Shown here: piece by piece, positions 18,699 through 29,885 of the stretch
How the letters are laid out: every line of letters starts with the position of its first letter
Numbering within the stretch: the stretch's first letter is position 1
DNA from: Candidatus Omnitrophota bacterium
GTDB taxonomy: Bacteria > Omnitrophota > Gorgyraeia > 2-01-FULL-45-10
NCBI GenBank assembly: GCA_030695905.1
Contig: JAUYOL010000043.1
Span: 128,998-192,997 of the forward strand
Length of the DNA: 64,000 bases
Direction of reading: 5' to 3'
The notes under the pieces: model-generated
The model's database searches: none
What the model saw: the letters and a program-made list of their open reading frames with translations, nothing else
Told to the model about the DNA's origin: nothing
Position numbers and translations under genes: made by a program

Positions 18699-19952
18699 CT
18701 ATTCCTTTACCTTTTCCTTTATTGTAGTTATGATTTCGTCAAACTTTACCGCGGTCTGCTCTTTCGTATTCATATTCCTTAAGGCGGCTTCGCCTTTGGC
18801 TATCTCGTCTTCGCCGACTATCAGGACAAATTTCGCGCCCGCTCCATCGGCGGCCCTCATCTGCGCTTTCAGCGACTTGCCCTCAAAATCCATATCGCAG
18901 GAGACGCCGTCCTTTCTCAAATCATTTAAAAGTTCGAATGCTTTTGAATGAGCGGCCTCACCTATTGTAGCGATAAAAACATTTAACTCTTTCTTTGCCG
19001 CGGCCTCTTTAAGGACTATCATCATCCTGTCTACACCCAACGCGAACCCGCATGAGCCGACATCCGGTCCGCCCATATCTAAAGATAAGTTGTCATATCT
19101 TCCACCCGCGCCTATCGCGTCTTTGGAACCTAAGCCTTCGTGTGTTATCTCAAAAACGGTCCTTGTGTAGTAATCCAACCCTCTTACAATATAAGGATCC
19201 AGTTCATAATTTATCCCTAAGCCACTTACAAGTTTTATAGCCTTATCAAAATGCGCTCTGCAATCGCTGCATATAAAGTCGGCCTCTTTGAATATTTTCC
19301 TGACAGATTCTCTGCAACCGTCATTTTTGCAATCAAGTACCCTTAAGGGGTTCATCTTTATCCTATTTTTACAATCATCACAAAGGTGCGCGCCCTTAGC
19401 GTCATCGAATGCGGATTTAAGCATCTTTGACAAATTCTTCTTATCTTCCTTACATCCAAGGTTATTTAATTTTATCTTATATCCGCTTATACCCGCACTA
19501 TCCAACAGTCTGGCTGCAAGCGAAATGACTTCAGCGTCTATTGCAGGGCTTAGTGAACCTATGGCCTCGACGCCTATTTGATGAAACTGCCTTAAGCGTC
19601 CTGCCTGCGGCCTTTCAGCCCTGAAAAATGGGCCTATGTAATACAATTTCTGGAACTGTGATGCTTTATCAAGATTATTTTCAATATACGAGCGCATAAT
19701 AGGCGCAGTGCCTTCGGGACGAAGAGATATATTCCTTTCTCCTCTATCCACAAAAGAGAACATCTCCTTACTCACTATATCGGTATCCTGTCCGATATTC
19801 TTTATAAATAGCGCGGTCTCTTCGATTATCGGCGTCCTGATCTCTTCGTAATTATAGAGATGCAATACGGCGCGCGCGGCTTTTTCTGTCTGCTGCCAAA
19901 GCGGCGCCTGGGACGGTAATATATCCTTGGTCCCGCGGATCGCTTTTATCAC
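18699..19952 (-). CDS. hisS: Histidine--tRNA ligase
   Basis: 417 aa with HisRS class II motifs (GGRYD, MGIER-like). Confidence 0.9.
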   Translation of the reverse strand: MIKAIRGTKDILPSQAPLWQQTEKAARAVLHLYNYEEIRTPIIEETALFIKNIGQDTDIVSKEMFSFVDRGERNISLRPEGTAPIMRSYIENNLDKASQFQKLYYIGPFFRAERPQAGRLRQFHQIGVEAIGSLSPAIDAEVISLAARLLDSAGISGYKIKLNNLGCKEDKKNLSKMLKSAFDDAKGAHLCDDCKNRIKMNPLRVLDCKNDGCRESVRKIFKEADFICSDCRAHFDKAIKLVSGLGINYELDPYIVRGLDYYTRTVFEITHEGLGSKDAIGAGGRYDNLSLDMGGPDVGSCGFALGVDRMMIVLKEAAAKKELNVFIATIGEAAHSKAFELLNDLRKDGVSCDMDFEGKSLKAQMRAADGAGAKFVLIVGEDEIAKGEAALRNMNTKEQTAVKFDEIITTIKEKVKE

Positions 19953-20224
19953 TTCATCACCTTCTTCTTCATTATCATTCCGGACTTAAAGGTAACTATT
20001 CTCTTTTCAGGAATCGGCACGGTTACGCCCGTCTTGGGATTTCTGCCCACCCTGGCCTTTCTCGTCTTCACTTTAAATATACCGAAATTACGCAATTCAA
20101 CAGTCTCGCCCTTGGTAAGGGCCAGAACTATCTGGTCCAGCGTTTTCTGCACGACCTTCTTCACATCTATCTGTTTAATGCCGGTCTCTTCCGCTATCTT
20201 AAGTACTATCTCTTTTTTTGTCAT
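19949..20224 (-). CDS. hup: DNA-binding protein HU
   Basis: 91 aa of the HU/IHF family (RNPKTGVTV arm). Confidence 0.85.
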   Translation of the reverse strand: MTKKEIVLKIAEETGIKQIDVKKVVQKTLDQIVLALTKGETVELRNFGIFKVKTRKARVGRNPKTGVTVPIPEKRIVTFKSGMIMKKKVMK

Positions 20225-20667
20225 TTAAAACCTCCCCGTAGCTTGTCTATAAAATTTTGCTCAAAAAACCTTTTGAAATACACGCCCGCAGGGCTGAACT
20301 GCTCCAGTCTTCTTTTATTATTCTTAAGCCTCTCCAGGATGCTGTTTAAAAAAACATACGAATCTCTCCAATCGGCTTCGACTTTTTTAAGATTATTTTC
20401 CGCCATAAAACGCACATTATCTATCTGTAATATGTCACTGACCGGATCGGTAAGTCTGGAATATGGGGCATACTTAAAATCGAGGCCGTTCTTCAATTCA
20501 TCATACTTATTTTTTATCAGCCCTTTTGTTTCTAAAAATTTCGTCTCCTCTTCTTTGCTGATAGTATCTTTTGATACCACGCCTGAATATATGGAATGAA
20601 ATTTCACCCAAAATTCGAGAAAGCCGCCTACTACCTTTATATCGGATTCGATTTTTTTATCAATCAT
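20221..20667 (-). CDS. Hypothetical protein (148 aa), co-transcribed between dnaE and hup
   Basis: Tight 4-nt overlap with hup in a minus-strand housekeeping operon. No recognisable motif. Confidence 0.5.
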   Translation of the reverse strand: MIDKKIESDIKVVGGFLEFWVKFHSIYSGVVSKDTISKEEETKFLETKGLIKNKYDELKNGLDFKYAPYSRLTDPVSDILQIDNVRFMAENNLKKVEADWRDSYVFLNSILERLKNNKRRLEQFSPAGVYFKRFFEQNFIDKLRGGFK

Positions 20668-20726
20668 AAGATATTGTTCTATAAGGAGTTATGATAACAT
20701 TGCGAGGCAGCGATTGTCAATAAGAT

Positions 20727-23700
20727 TTAGACCTTGAAATTCACTACGTCTCTACCCAGGACTTTTTCTATATCCCTGACCAAACCTTCATGAGGCTCTA
20801 CCAACAACCCCTGGCTTGCGGATACCGTCGTGCGCTTCCCGTCCGGTTTTACAAAATTTAAATATACAGGAACGCGTCCAGGGTAGCGCGACAGGACTTT
20901 TTTCAAGTTCTCGAGGCTGTTTTTCTCCAGGCCCGCGGTCAATACATTAACAAGTATGGCTTTGGTATACTTTGCCCGGACGGAGTCGAGCGTAACTATT
21001 TCATTCGCTATTATCTTGGGCTCTTCCTCCCGCAGGCTTAGCCGTCCTTTGACAAACACTATCGCGTCCGGCTTGACAAGTCCGCCATGCTTCGCGAATG
21101 TCACGGGAAAGACCAGCACCCCTACCGTGCCGTTTAGATCTTCCAGCGTAACTATGGCCATCTTTTCATTGGTCTTTTTCGTTGTGGTAAATTTCGCGCT
21201 TGAAATTATCCCGCCTATAAGCACTTCATCGCCGTCATGCATATTTCTAAGCTGAGTGGTATTGCATGTAGAATAAGTATTGAGCATCTTCTCGAATCTG
21301 GCTAGCGGATGTTTTGTTATATAAAAGCCTATCATCTCTTTTTCCTGGGCGAGCAGCTGATTTTCCGGCCATTCCGGTATATTGGGTGTGTCTTGGAATG
21401 TCTTTTTAAAATTTTCCTGGTCCTCGAACTTTTCGAAGAATGACAACTGCCCATTGAGCCTGTCTTTATGCACATCTCCGGCCGCTTCAAGAGCCTTGTC
21501 CACCATCGCTGAAAGCTGTGACCTGAAGAGCCCCAGGGAATCCATCGCTCCGCACTTTATCAGGCTCTCTACAACCTTCCTATTAACGAGCCGCGGGTCC
21601 ACCTTTCCGCTGAAGTCATATATAGATTTAAATTTTCCGTTCTTCTCGCGCATTTTGATTATCGATTCTATCGCGCCGTCTCCCACGTTCTTGATAGCGG
21701 CAAGGCCAAAACGAATAGAATCGCCCACTACTGTAAAGTTGGCGTAACTTTCGTTTATGTCCGGAGGCAGAATCTTTATTCCCATCCTGCCGGCCTCATT
21801 TATATAGATAGCTATCTTATCGAGGTTATCTTTTTCACTCGTTAGAAGTGCCGCCATGAACTCCACTGAATAATTAGCTTTCAGGTAAGCTGTCCTGAAA
21901 CTTATCAGGGCATACGCCGTAGAATGGGATTTATTAAACCCGTAACCGGCAAAGTACTCTATAAGATTAAATACTTTTTCTGCGGTCCGCCTCTCTATTC
22001 TATTTTTTAGGCACCCTTCCACAAAGTGCTGCCTCATCTGAGCCATTACTTCGGGCGTCTTTTTAGCCATAGCACGCCTTAAGTTATCGGCTTGAGCCAG
22101 TGTAAACCCGGCAAGACTTGAGGCTATCCTCATCGCCTGTTCCTGATATAATATGACCCCGTATGTCTCTTTTAATATCGGCTCCAAGAGTTTATGGTCA
22201 TATTTCATTTCAACTTCGCCGTGCTTTCTCTTCATGAAGTCATCCAGCATACCTGAACCTATAGGCCCGGGCCTGAAAAGCGCCAGAAGCGCTATTATAT
22301 CCTCGAATTTTTCCGGTTTTAATTTCTTTAAAAGATCTCTCATCCCGGAACTTTCAAGCTGGAACACGCCTATAGACTCGGCATTGGCGAGCAACTTGTA
22401 TGTCTTCCTGTCATCCGATGTAATCTTTGAAAAATCTATATCGGTATTTTTTGTGCGTTTTATTATCTTTATCGCTTCACTTATTACCGTAAGAGTCCTT
22501 AAACCCAATAGGTCCATCTTAAGCAGTCCTATCTTCTCAAGGGAAGTCATTGGATATCCGGTAGAGATCTGCCCATCCTGGGTTTTGTAAAGAGGCGCGT
22601 GATTAACCAGGCCCTTTTCGCTTATTACGACTCCGGCGGCATGGGTGGAAGCATGGCGGGTAAGCCCCTCGAGGACTAAAGACGCGTCTATCAACCGGGT
22701 TATCTTAGGATCAGTCCTATATAAAGTCTTTAGCTCCGGTTCCTGTTCTATAGCGTGTTCTAAAGTTATATTAAGTTCGGTCGGGACCAGCTTCGCTATT
22801 CTGTCAACATCTCCATAAGCCATGCCCAGCGCCCTGCCCACGTCCCTGATAACCGCCTTTGCCATCATCGTTCCGAATGTTATTATCTGAGCGACATTTT
22901 CCTTGGAATATTTCTTTACGACGTAATCTATTACCTCGCCGCGCCTTTCATAGCAGAAGTCTATATCTATATCCGGCAGGCTTATCCTTTCGGGGTTTAA
23001 GAACCTTTCGAAGAGAAGGTCGTATTTTAGAGGATCTATATCGGTAATGCCCAGCGCGTAACTTACTACGCTGCCCGCGGCGCTGCCCCTTCCCGGCCCG
23101 ACAGGTATGGAGTGCTCTTTAGCGTAATTTACAAGATCCCAGACTATCAAGAAGTAGCTTGGATAACCGAAGTTTTCTATAATCTTTAGTTCGTGTTCAA
23201 CGCGGTGAATTATGGCTTTGTCTATATTCTCATAGCGCCTCTTTAAACCTTCCTGCACAAGATCCCGAAGATATGATTCGCGCGTCTTTCCTTCCGGCAC
23301 TTTATATTGAGGCAGGTGCACCGATTTAAAATTCAATTCGAGGTTACATTTTTCCGCTATCGCAACCGTATTCTTCAGCGCTTCAGGGATCGTACTGCCG
23401 AATGTCCGGGCCATATCATTATAGGATTTAAAATAAAATTCGTCAGTCTGCAACCTCATCCTGTTAGGATCATCGATGTTTGTTTGTGTCTGTATACACA
23501 AAAGAAGGTCGTGCGCTCTCGAATGATCCCTTTCTATATAATGGACATCGTTTGTGGCAACGAGCCCTAAAGACAATTCTTTGGACATCTTTACAAGCTC
23601 TGTATTGACCGCATCCTGTTCGGGTATGCCATTGTCCTGGACCTCAAGATAAAAATTATCTTTGCCGAAGATACTTTTGTACTCGTCGGCTGTCTTCCTG

Positions 23701-24173
23701 GCCTGGTCAAGCTGATTGGTATGTATAAGATGGGGTATCTCTCCTTTAAGACAGCTGGAGAGGCACACGAGACCGTCCTTATGCTGTGACAATATCTCTT
23801 TATCTATGCGGGGGCGATAATAGAATCCTTCGAGAAATCCCGCGGATGTAAGTTTTAGAAGATTTTTATATCCGGTTTCATTTCTGGCGAGCAATATAAG
23901 ATGGTATGACGCTTCCTGAATACCGCGGCTTGTTTTGTCAAACCTTGAGTCCGGAGCTATGTAGACTTCGCATCCTATGATGGGCTTCACTCCGACCTTC
24001 ATAGCCATATCATAGAACTCTATCGCGCCGAACATATTGCCGTGATCCGTTATCGCGCAGGCAGGCATCCTATGTTCGCGTACTTTATGCAGAAGTTTTT
24101 CCAACAGGCATGCGCCATCTAAAAGGCTATACTGCGTGTGGACGTGCAGGTGCACGAAATCGGAGTGATTCAT
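20727..24173 (-). CDS. dnaE: DNA polymerase III alpha subunit DnaE
   Basis: 1148 aa with an N-terminal PHP domain (HLHVHTQYSLLDGA), polymerase core and OB fold. Confidence 0.9.
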   Translation of the reverse strand: MNHSDFVHLHVHTQYSLLDGACLLEKLLHKVREHRMPACAITDHGNMFGAIEFYDMAMKVGVKPIIGCEVYIAPDSRFDKTSRGIQEASYHLILLARNETGYKNLLKLTSAGFLEGFYYRPRIDKEILSQHKDGLVCLSSCLKGEIPHLIHTNQLDQARKTADEYKSIFGKDNFYLEVQDNGIPEQDAVNTELVKMSKELSLGLVATNDVHYIERDHSRAHDLLLCIQTQTNIDDPNRMRLQTDEFYFKSYNDMARTFGSTIPEALKNTVAIAEKCNLELNFKSVHLPQYKVPEGKTRESYLRDLVQEGLKRRYENIDKAIIHRVEHELKIIENFGYPSYFLIVWDLVNYAKEHSIPVGPGRGSAAGSVVSYALGITDIDPLKYDLLFERFLNPERISLPDIDIDFCYERRGEVIDYVVKKYSKENVAQIITFGTMMAKAVIRDVGRALGMAYGDVDRIAKLVPTELNITLEHAIEQEPELKTLYRTDPKITRLIDASLVLEGLTRHASTHAAGVVISEKGLVNHAPLYKTQDGQISTGYPMTSLEKIGLLKMDLLGLRTLTVISEAIKIIKRTKNTDIDFSKITSDDRKTYKLLANAESIGVFQLESSGMRDLLKKLKPEKFEDIIALLALFRPGPIGSGMLDDFMKRKHGEVEMKYDHKLLEPILKETYGVILYQEQAMRIASSLAGFTLAQADNLRRAMAKKTPEVMAQMRQHFVEGCLKNRIERRTAEKVFNLIEYFAGYGFNKSHSTAYALISFRTAYLKANYSVEFMAALLTSEKDNLDKIAIYINEAGRMGIKILPPDINESYANFTVVGDSIRFGLAAIKNVGDGAIESIIKMREKNGKFKSIYDFSGKVDPRLVNRKVVESLIKCGAMDSLGLFRSQLSAMVDKALEAAGDVHKDRLNGQLSFFEKFEDQENFKKTFQDTPNIPEWPENQLLAQEKEMIGFYITKHPLARFEKMLNTYSTCNTTQLRNMHDGDEVLIGGIISSAKFTTTKKTNEKMAIVTLEDLNGTVGVLVFPVTFAKHGGLVKPDAIVFVKGRLSLREEEPKIIANEIVTLDSVRAKYTKAILVNVLTAGLEKNSLENLKKVLSRYPGRVPVYLNFVKPDGKRTTVSASQGLLVEPHEGLVRDIEKVLGRDVVNFKV

Positions 24174-24195
24174 CGTGAGTCTTTACTTATGCGAG

Positions 24196-25359
24196 TTATT
24201 TACCCATTCCAACCCGCTGAGCGACTTGGAATACTTTTCCTTCTGTCTGTATGGACGGTGCTATAATTATTTCGGCCTTGTGCATCTGGTCGATATTTTT
24301 TGCGCCTACGTTGCCCATAGATGTCTGCAGCGCCCCCATAAGATTCTGTGAGCCGTCATCTACTTTCGCGGGGCCGAACAATATCTCTTCGAGTGTTCCC
24401 GTTACGCCCACCTTCACCCGTGTGCCGCGCGGAAGATTCGCGTGCGGCGTTGCCATGCCCCAGTGATTGCCTTTGCCCGGAGCCTCTTTTGATCTTGCGA
24501 ATGCCGAGCCGACCATTACAGCGTCCGCTCCACAGGCGAAAGCTTTGCATATATCTCCGCCGGTTGTCATTCCACCGTCGGTAATAATGGGGATATATCG
24601 TTTCGATTTTTTATAGTACGTGTCCCTGGCCGCGGCGCAATCTATAGTGGTAGTAACCTGGGGAACTCCTATGCCTAAGACTCCGCGCGTGGTACACGCG
24701 GCGCCCGGGCCAACGCCTACTAAAAGCCCGCTGACGCCTGTCTGCATAAGGTCCAAAGCGACTTCATAGGTGACGCAGTTGCCGACTACTATCGGCATCT
24801 TCATCTTTTTGCAGAATTTCTTGAAATCGAGCGCTTTATACTTTGAGGAGTAATGTTTGACCGTGGAAACCGTGGATTGAACTACGAATATATCGGCGCC
24901 CGCTTCCTGCGCGATCTCCGCGCAACGTTCGGCTCTCTGTGGAATCGCGCTGACGGCGACCGGCACGCCGGCTTGCTTAATCTGATCTATCCTCTTTGCT
25001 ATTAAACTCTCTTTTATAGGCTCGGCATATACACCCTGCACCAACTCCGTGGCTTTTCCAAGTTCTGCGGACGCTATTTTATCAAGGACTTCATCGGGAT
25101 TTTCATAACGTGTCTGTACGCCTTCGAGATTTAATACGGCTAAACCGCCTAATTTACCCATCGCTATCGCGAATCTAACATCGACAACCCCATCCATAGC
25201 AGCCGCGATTATAGGGACACGAAATTTTTTGCCTCCGATCGACCAGGATATGTCAACATCGGTTGGATCTATAGTTACCCTTCCCGGAACAAGGGCTATC
25301 TCATCAAAGCCGTAACAACGCCTTGCTTTTCTCTCAACTCCTATATAAAATTGCGCCAT
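24196..25359 (-). CDS. IMP dehydrogenase/GMP reductase family protein (no CBS pair)
   Basis: 387 aa with an IMPDH-type TIM barrel and the GVGPGAACTTR catalytic loop. Confidence 0.7.
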   Translation of the reverse strand: MAQFYIGVERKARRCYGFDEIALVPGRVTIDPTDVDISWSIGGKKFRVPIIAAAMDGVVDVRFAIAMGKLGGLAVLNLEGVQTRYENPDEVLDKIASAELGKATELVQGVYAEPIKESLIAKRIDQIKQAGVPVAVSAIPQRAERCAEIAQEAGADIFVVQSTVSTVKHYSSKYKALDFKKFCKKMKMPIVVGNCVTYEVALDLMQTGVSGLLVGVGPGAACTTRGVLGIGVPQVTTTIDCAAARDTYYKKSKRYIPIITDGGMTTGGDICKAFACGADAVMVGSAFARSKEAPGKGNHWGMATPHANLPRGTRVKVGVTGTLEEILFGPAKVDDGSQNLMGALQTSMGNVGAKNIDQMHKAEIIIAPSIQTEGKVFQVAQRVGMGK

Positions 25360-25433
25360 GATTCTCCTCTCAATTTTGTTTTGGGAGTATTATAATATAG
25401 AATTAACTTGGTTTTGTCAAGTTAATCTAATAA

Positions 25434-25469
25434 AATTGGGGCTTTAGGATATCACCCAAAGCCCCAATT
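25434..25469 (-). terminator. Intrinsic terminator downstream of groEL (12-bp perfect stem)
   Basis: AATTGGGGCTTT-(12 nt loop)-AAAGCCCCAATT, followed by a U-rich tract on the minus strand. Confidence 0.6.
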
Positions 25470-25514
25470 TCTTTAACTATAACCCTAAGATCTTACGAGC
25501 CTAAGGCCTTATTC

Positions 25515-27469
<1,955 letters not shown>

Positions 27470-27494
27470 ATTGCCACCCTCCTTTTTATTTTGA

Positions 27495-27522
27495 TATAGT
27501 TCAAATTAGCACTCACCAAAAT
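27495..27522 (-). promoter_or_regulatory. CIRCE (HrcA operator) inverted repeat upstream of groES
   Basis: Perfect TTAGCACTC-N9-GAGTGCTAA. Confidence 0.85.
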
Positions 27523-27531
27523 CGAGTGCTA

Positions 27532-27560
27532 ACAAAGTAGTATTATACAGACTAACGAAA
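27532..27560 (-). promoter_or_regulatory. Sigma70 promoter of groESL
   Basis: Minus strand has TTGACA, a 17-nt spacer, then TATAAT, immediately 5' of CIRCE. Confidence 0.7.
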
Positions 27561-27629
27561 TTTTGTCAAGAATTTTTGTAATTTTTTTATTCGCTTCTGG
27601 CTTATGACCGGAATTCACTAATGGCAGGA

Positions 27630-27658
27630 TTGACAAAAACGCAGTGTGGTGATATTAT
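27630..27658 (+). promoter_or_regulatory. Sigma70 promoter for tRNA-Gly
   Basis: Plus strand has TTGACA, a 17-nt spacer, then TATTAT, about 15 nt before the tRNA 5' end. Confidence 0.55.
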
Positions 27659-27673
27659 TTATGAACCTTTGGC

Positions 27674-27747
27674 GCGGGAGTAGTTCAATGGTAGAACACG
27701 AGCCTTCCAAGCTCGTTGCGTGGGTTCGATTCCCATCTCCCGCTCCA
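27674..27747 (+). tRNA. tRNA-Gly (anticodon UCC)
   Basis: Cloverleaf GCGGGAG...GTTCGATTCCCAT..CTCCCGC-T-CCA with anticodon loop CTTCCAA. Confidence 0.85.
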
Positions 27748-27848
27748 CATCGCCTACCTCTCTCCCGACCCACTCTTCAAGCTATTCCTTACAGCTAGGA
27801 TTTATTAATACTGGTGGTGAGGGTTCGTCATGAACCGAACATACGAAA

Positions 27849-28040
27849 TTATTTTATCGAAAAAGGAACGTCAACGCGCATGACAAGTTCATCCTTTTTT
27901 GATAGCTTGTTTTTATGAAAATATTTATGGGTGAAATTTACAAATTCGATGTAATCATTCATCGATAACCATTTATGCTGTTCCGGAATACATTTTCCAA
28001 CCGGTAAATTTAGTTTCTCCATATCTAATCGAGATTTCAT
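27849..28040 (-). CDS. Hypothetical 63-aa protein, translationally coupled (ATGA overlap) to the upstream nucleotidyltransferase gene
   Basis: ORF inside the AT-rich islet with a 4-nt overlap to the 181-aa gene. No recognisable motif. Confidence 0.4.
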   Translation of the reverse strand: MKSRLDMEKLNLPVGKCIPEQHKWLSMNDYIEFVNFTHKYFHKNKLSKKDELVMRVDVPFSIK

Positions 28041-28582
28041 ACATTACCACCCATGGCCTTTAATATAGTTTGATACATCTCTTCACTACTATATTTTAAA
28101 CACATTTCTTTAAACCGTTTATCGCTATAATCGACTTTGTTCATTTTAATTAAATTTATAATATCCGGCAAGTCTTTCCACATTCTATTCTTTTGATTGT
28201 TCTTTATAGCATGAAGCTTTAAAGCTATCAAATGATTGACGGATGGAATGACCAACTTCTCTCCGACAACGTCAATCTCTTTCCCGTCTTTTATTATCTT
28301 CTCTCGCGTCGCTTGATCAACAATCATAAAATCGACATCTAAATTTTCCTTTTTGTTCGAGAACCGCACCGTTACCTCTGTCGCAAACTCTTTCGCATAG
28401 CCCGCATTAATCAGCGCGTCTTTTATCTTTGTGAAATCTTCCTTAGTGGTTAAAAAATCGACATCGAGGGTATCGCGTGTAACCTTATAGAAATTTACAG
28501 CAAAACCGCCTATAAGTATGCACGGTACGGCCGATCTCTTCGACGCTTCAGCAACAAGGTGAAACACTTTTGAATAATCCAT
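28037..28582 (-). CDS. Minimal Pol-beta-superfamily nucleotidyltransferase (ANT(2'')/AbiEii-like small NTase)
   Basis: The N-terminus ILIGGFAVNFYKVTRDTLDVDFL matches the GG...[DE]xD nucleotidyltransferase signature. It resembles the small ANT(2'') aminoglycoside/antitoxin-type NTases in size (181 aa) and pattern. Confidence 0.5.
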   Translation of the reverse strand: MDYSKVFHLVAEASKRSAVPCILIGGFAVNFYKVTRDTLDVDFLTTKEDFTKIKDALINAGYAKEFATEVTVRFSNKKENLDVDFMIVDQATREKIIKDGKEIDVVGEKLVIPSVNHLIALKLHAIKNNQKNRMWKDLPDIINLIKMNKVDYSDKRFKEMCLKYSSEEMYQTILKAMGGNV

Positions 28583-28852
28583 GTAGCGTATTATACAGAA
28601 AAAAGTCCGGAAACGGAAGAAGATTAATCAGATGGAATTTTTCTTTTTTATAGCGCTGTGGCAACGGCCTCTTGGGATTTCTGCCAATCTGTAATTGTTC
28701 TGTAATCTATGGTCTTTGATGTCGCAAGAGTTAAAAATACTTGAGTAAAGTTGGCCTGCCATGAACCTGAGCTTTGCCCCGTACCAGTCGCAGCCCTTTC
28801 AGGGCTCCTCCGGTACAGGGCATGAACCCTACAAGGCAAAGCGAATGGTTCA

Positions 28853-28938
28853 TGGTGGTGAGAGGTGGATTCGAACCACCGAAGGCTTGCGCCGTCAGAT
28901 TTACAGTCTGATCCATTTGGCCGCTTTGGTATCTCACC
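28853..28938 (-). tRNA. tRNA-Tyr (anticodon GUA), long variable arm
   Basis: Reverse complement reads GGTGAGATACC...CAGACTGTAAATCTG...GGTTCGAATCCACCTCTCACCACCA. Confidence 0.85.
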
Positions 28939-28955
28939 GCAATTACTTGAAGAAC

Positions 28956-29031
28956 TGGAGCTAGCAGAGGGGATCGAACCCCCGACCTATGGTTTACAAA
29001 ACCATTGCTCTACCAGCTGAGCTATGCTAGC
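28956..29031 (-). tRNA. tRNA-Thr (anticodon UGU)
   Basis: Reverse complement reads GCTAGCATAGCTCAGCTGGTAGAGCAATGGTTTTGTAAACCAT...GGTTCGATCCCCTCTGCTAGCTCCA. Confidence 0.85.
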
Positions 29032-29885
29032 TTTCTTAAAACTTCCGGTAATTTATTTAAAAGATCGGTCGCTGTTAAACTTAAAATGCCTTTTTCTTTT
29101 GCCGCTATATCGCCTGCCAGGCCGTGAAAATATACAGCCGTTATCGACGCGTCAAATGGTTCCAGGCCCTGGCCTATGAACGAAGCTATCATGCCTGTTA
29201 GACAATCTCCCGTCCCGCCCGTCGCCATACCGACATTTCCTGTTTCATTGATGTAATAATCACCGCTCGGTTTTGCGACTATAGTCTGATGGCCCTTAAG
29301 AACCAGGACGATATTATACGCAGCAGCGAAGCTTAATGCAATATCTTTTCTATTATTCTGTACTTCCGAAACATCTTTACCGAGCAACCTCGCCATTTCA
29401 CCCGGATGCGGAGTAAGTACCATAGAGCTGTGATTCTTCTGCAGCGTATCAACATGTCCAACAACCGCGTTTATGCCATCCGCGTCCAACACGATAGGCC
29501 TCTCTATCTTACCTATCAGGCTCCTGACAAGCGATTGGGTCTCTCTATTCTGCGAGATTCCCGGACCGATGACGACGCAATCGCAATGCTGTGCAAAACT
29601 AAGGATCTCCTTCTCCGCCAAAAGGCTTAAGGAGCAGTCCTTGGTCTCAAAAAACGGCTTTACCATTACCTCTGTTAACTTTGTCGCCATTATAGGATAT
29701 ATACTCTTGCCCACCGCAAGAGTAACGAGTCCGCTTCCGGAAAGAAGGGCCGATTGACTGGCCAAGTACGCGGCTCCGGTATAACCGGATGAGCCGGCGA
29801 TCACTAACACATGGCCGAAATCTTTTTTATTCGCTTCCGGTTTTCTTTTTGGAAAACCCGCCAGGACATCCTCTATCTTTCTCAT
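29022..29885 (-). CDS. nnr: ADP-dependent NAD(P)H-hydrate dehydratase (YjeF C-terminal/Nnr2 family)
   Basis: 287 aa with the carbohydrate-kinase-like fold (VLVIAGSSGYTGAAYLAS...GTGD). The 3' end overlaps the tRNA-Thr 5' end by a few nt. Confidence 0.75.
   Translation of the reverse strand: MRKIEDVLAGFPKRKPEANKKDFGHVLVIAGSSGYTGAAYLASQSALLSGSGLVTLAVGKSIYPIMATKLTEVMVKPFFETKDCSLSLLAEKEILSFAQHCDCVVIGPGISQNRETQSLVRSLIGKIERPIVLDADGINAVVGHVDTLQKNHSSMVLTPHPGEMARLLGKDVSEVQNNRKDIALSFAAAYNIVLVLKGHQTIVAKPSGDYYINETGNVGMATGGTGDCLTGMIASFIGQGLEPFDASITAVYFHGLAGDIAAKEKGILSLTATDLLNKLPEVLRKLA

Larger units (their letters stand above)
27811..28852. mobile_element. Approximately 1 kb AT-rich islet (integrative-element remnant) inserted at the 3' end of tRNA-Tyr, between convergent tRNA genes
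   Basis: A degenerate copy of the tRNA-Tyr 3' end (CTGGTGGTGAGGGTTCG..GAACC at ~27811) is repeated against the native 3' end (ATGGTGGTGAGAGGTGGATTCGAACC at ~28851). GC content is markedly lower than in the flanks. It holds two overlapping accessory genes and no integrase. Confidence 0.4.

Noticed and set aside
28583-28852. Possible extra tRNA or ncRNA in the 270-bp spacer upstream of tRNA-Tyr
   Set aside because: Small hairpins are present (GCCCT-TTC-AGGGC, AGGG-CATGAA-CCCT), but I could not fold a cloverleaf or recognise a known RNA family. This is more likely a degraded att or flank sequence of the islet.
28648-28964. Three short ORFs (63, 68 and 67 aa) overlapping the tRNA-Tyr gene and its flank
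   Set aside because: They overlap a confidently folded tRNA and its 3' flank. There are no ribosome-binding sites and no protein-like composition.
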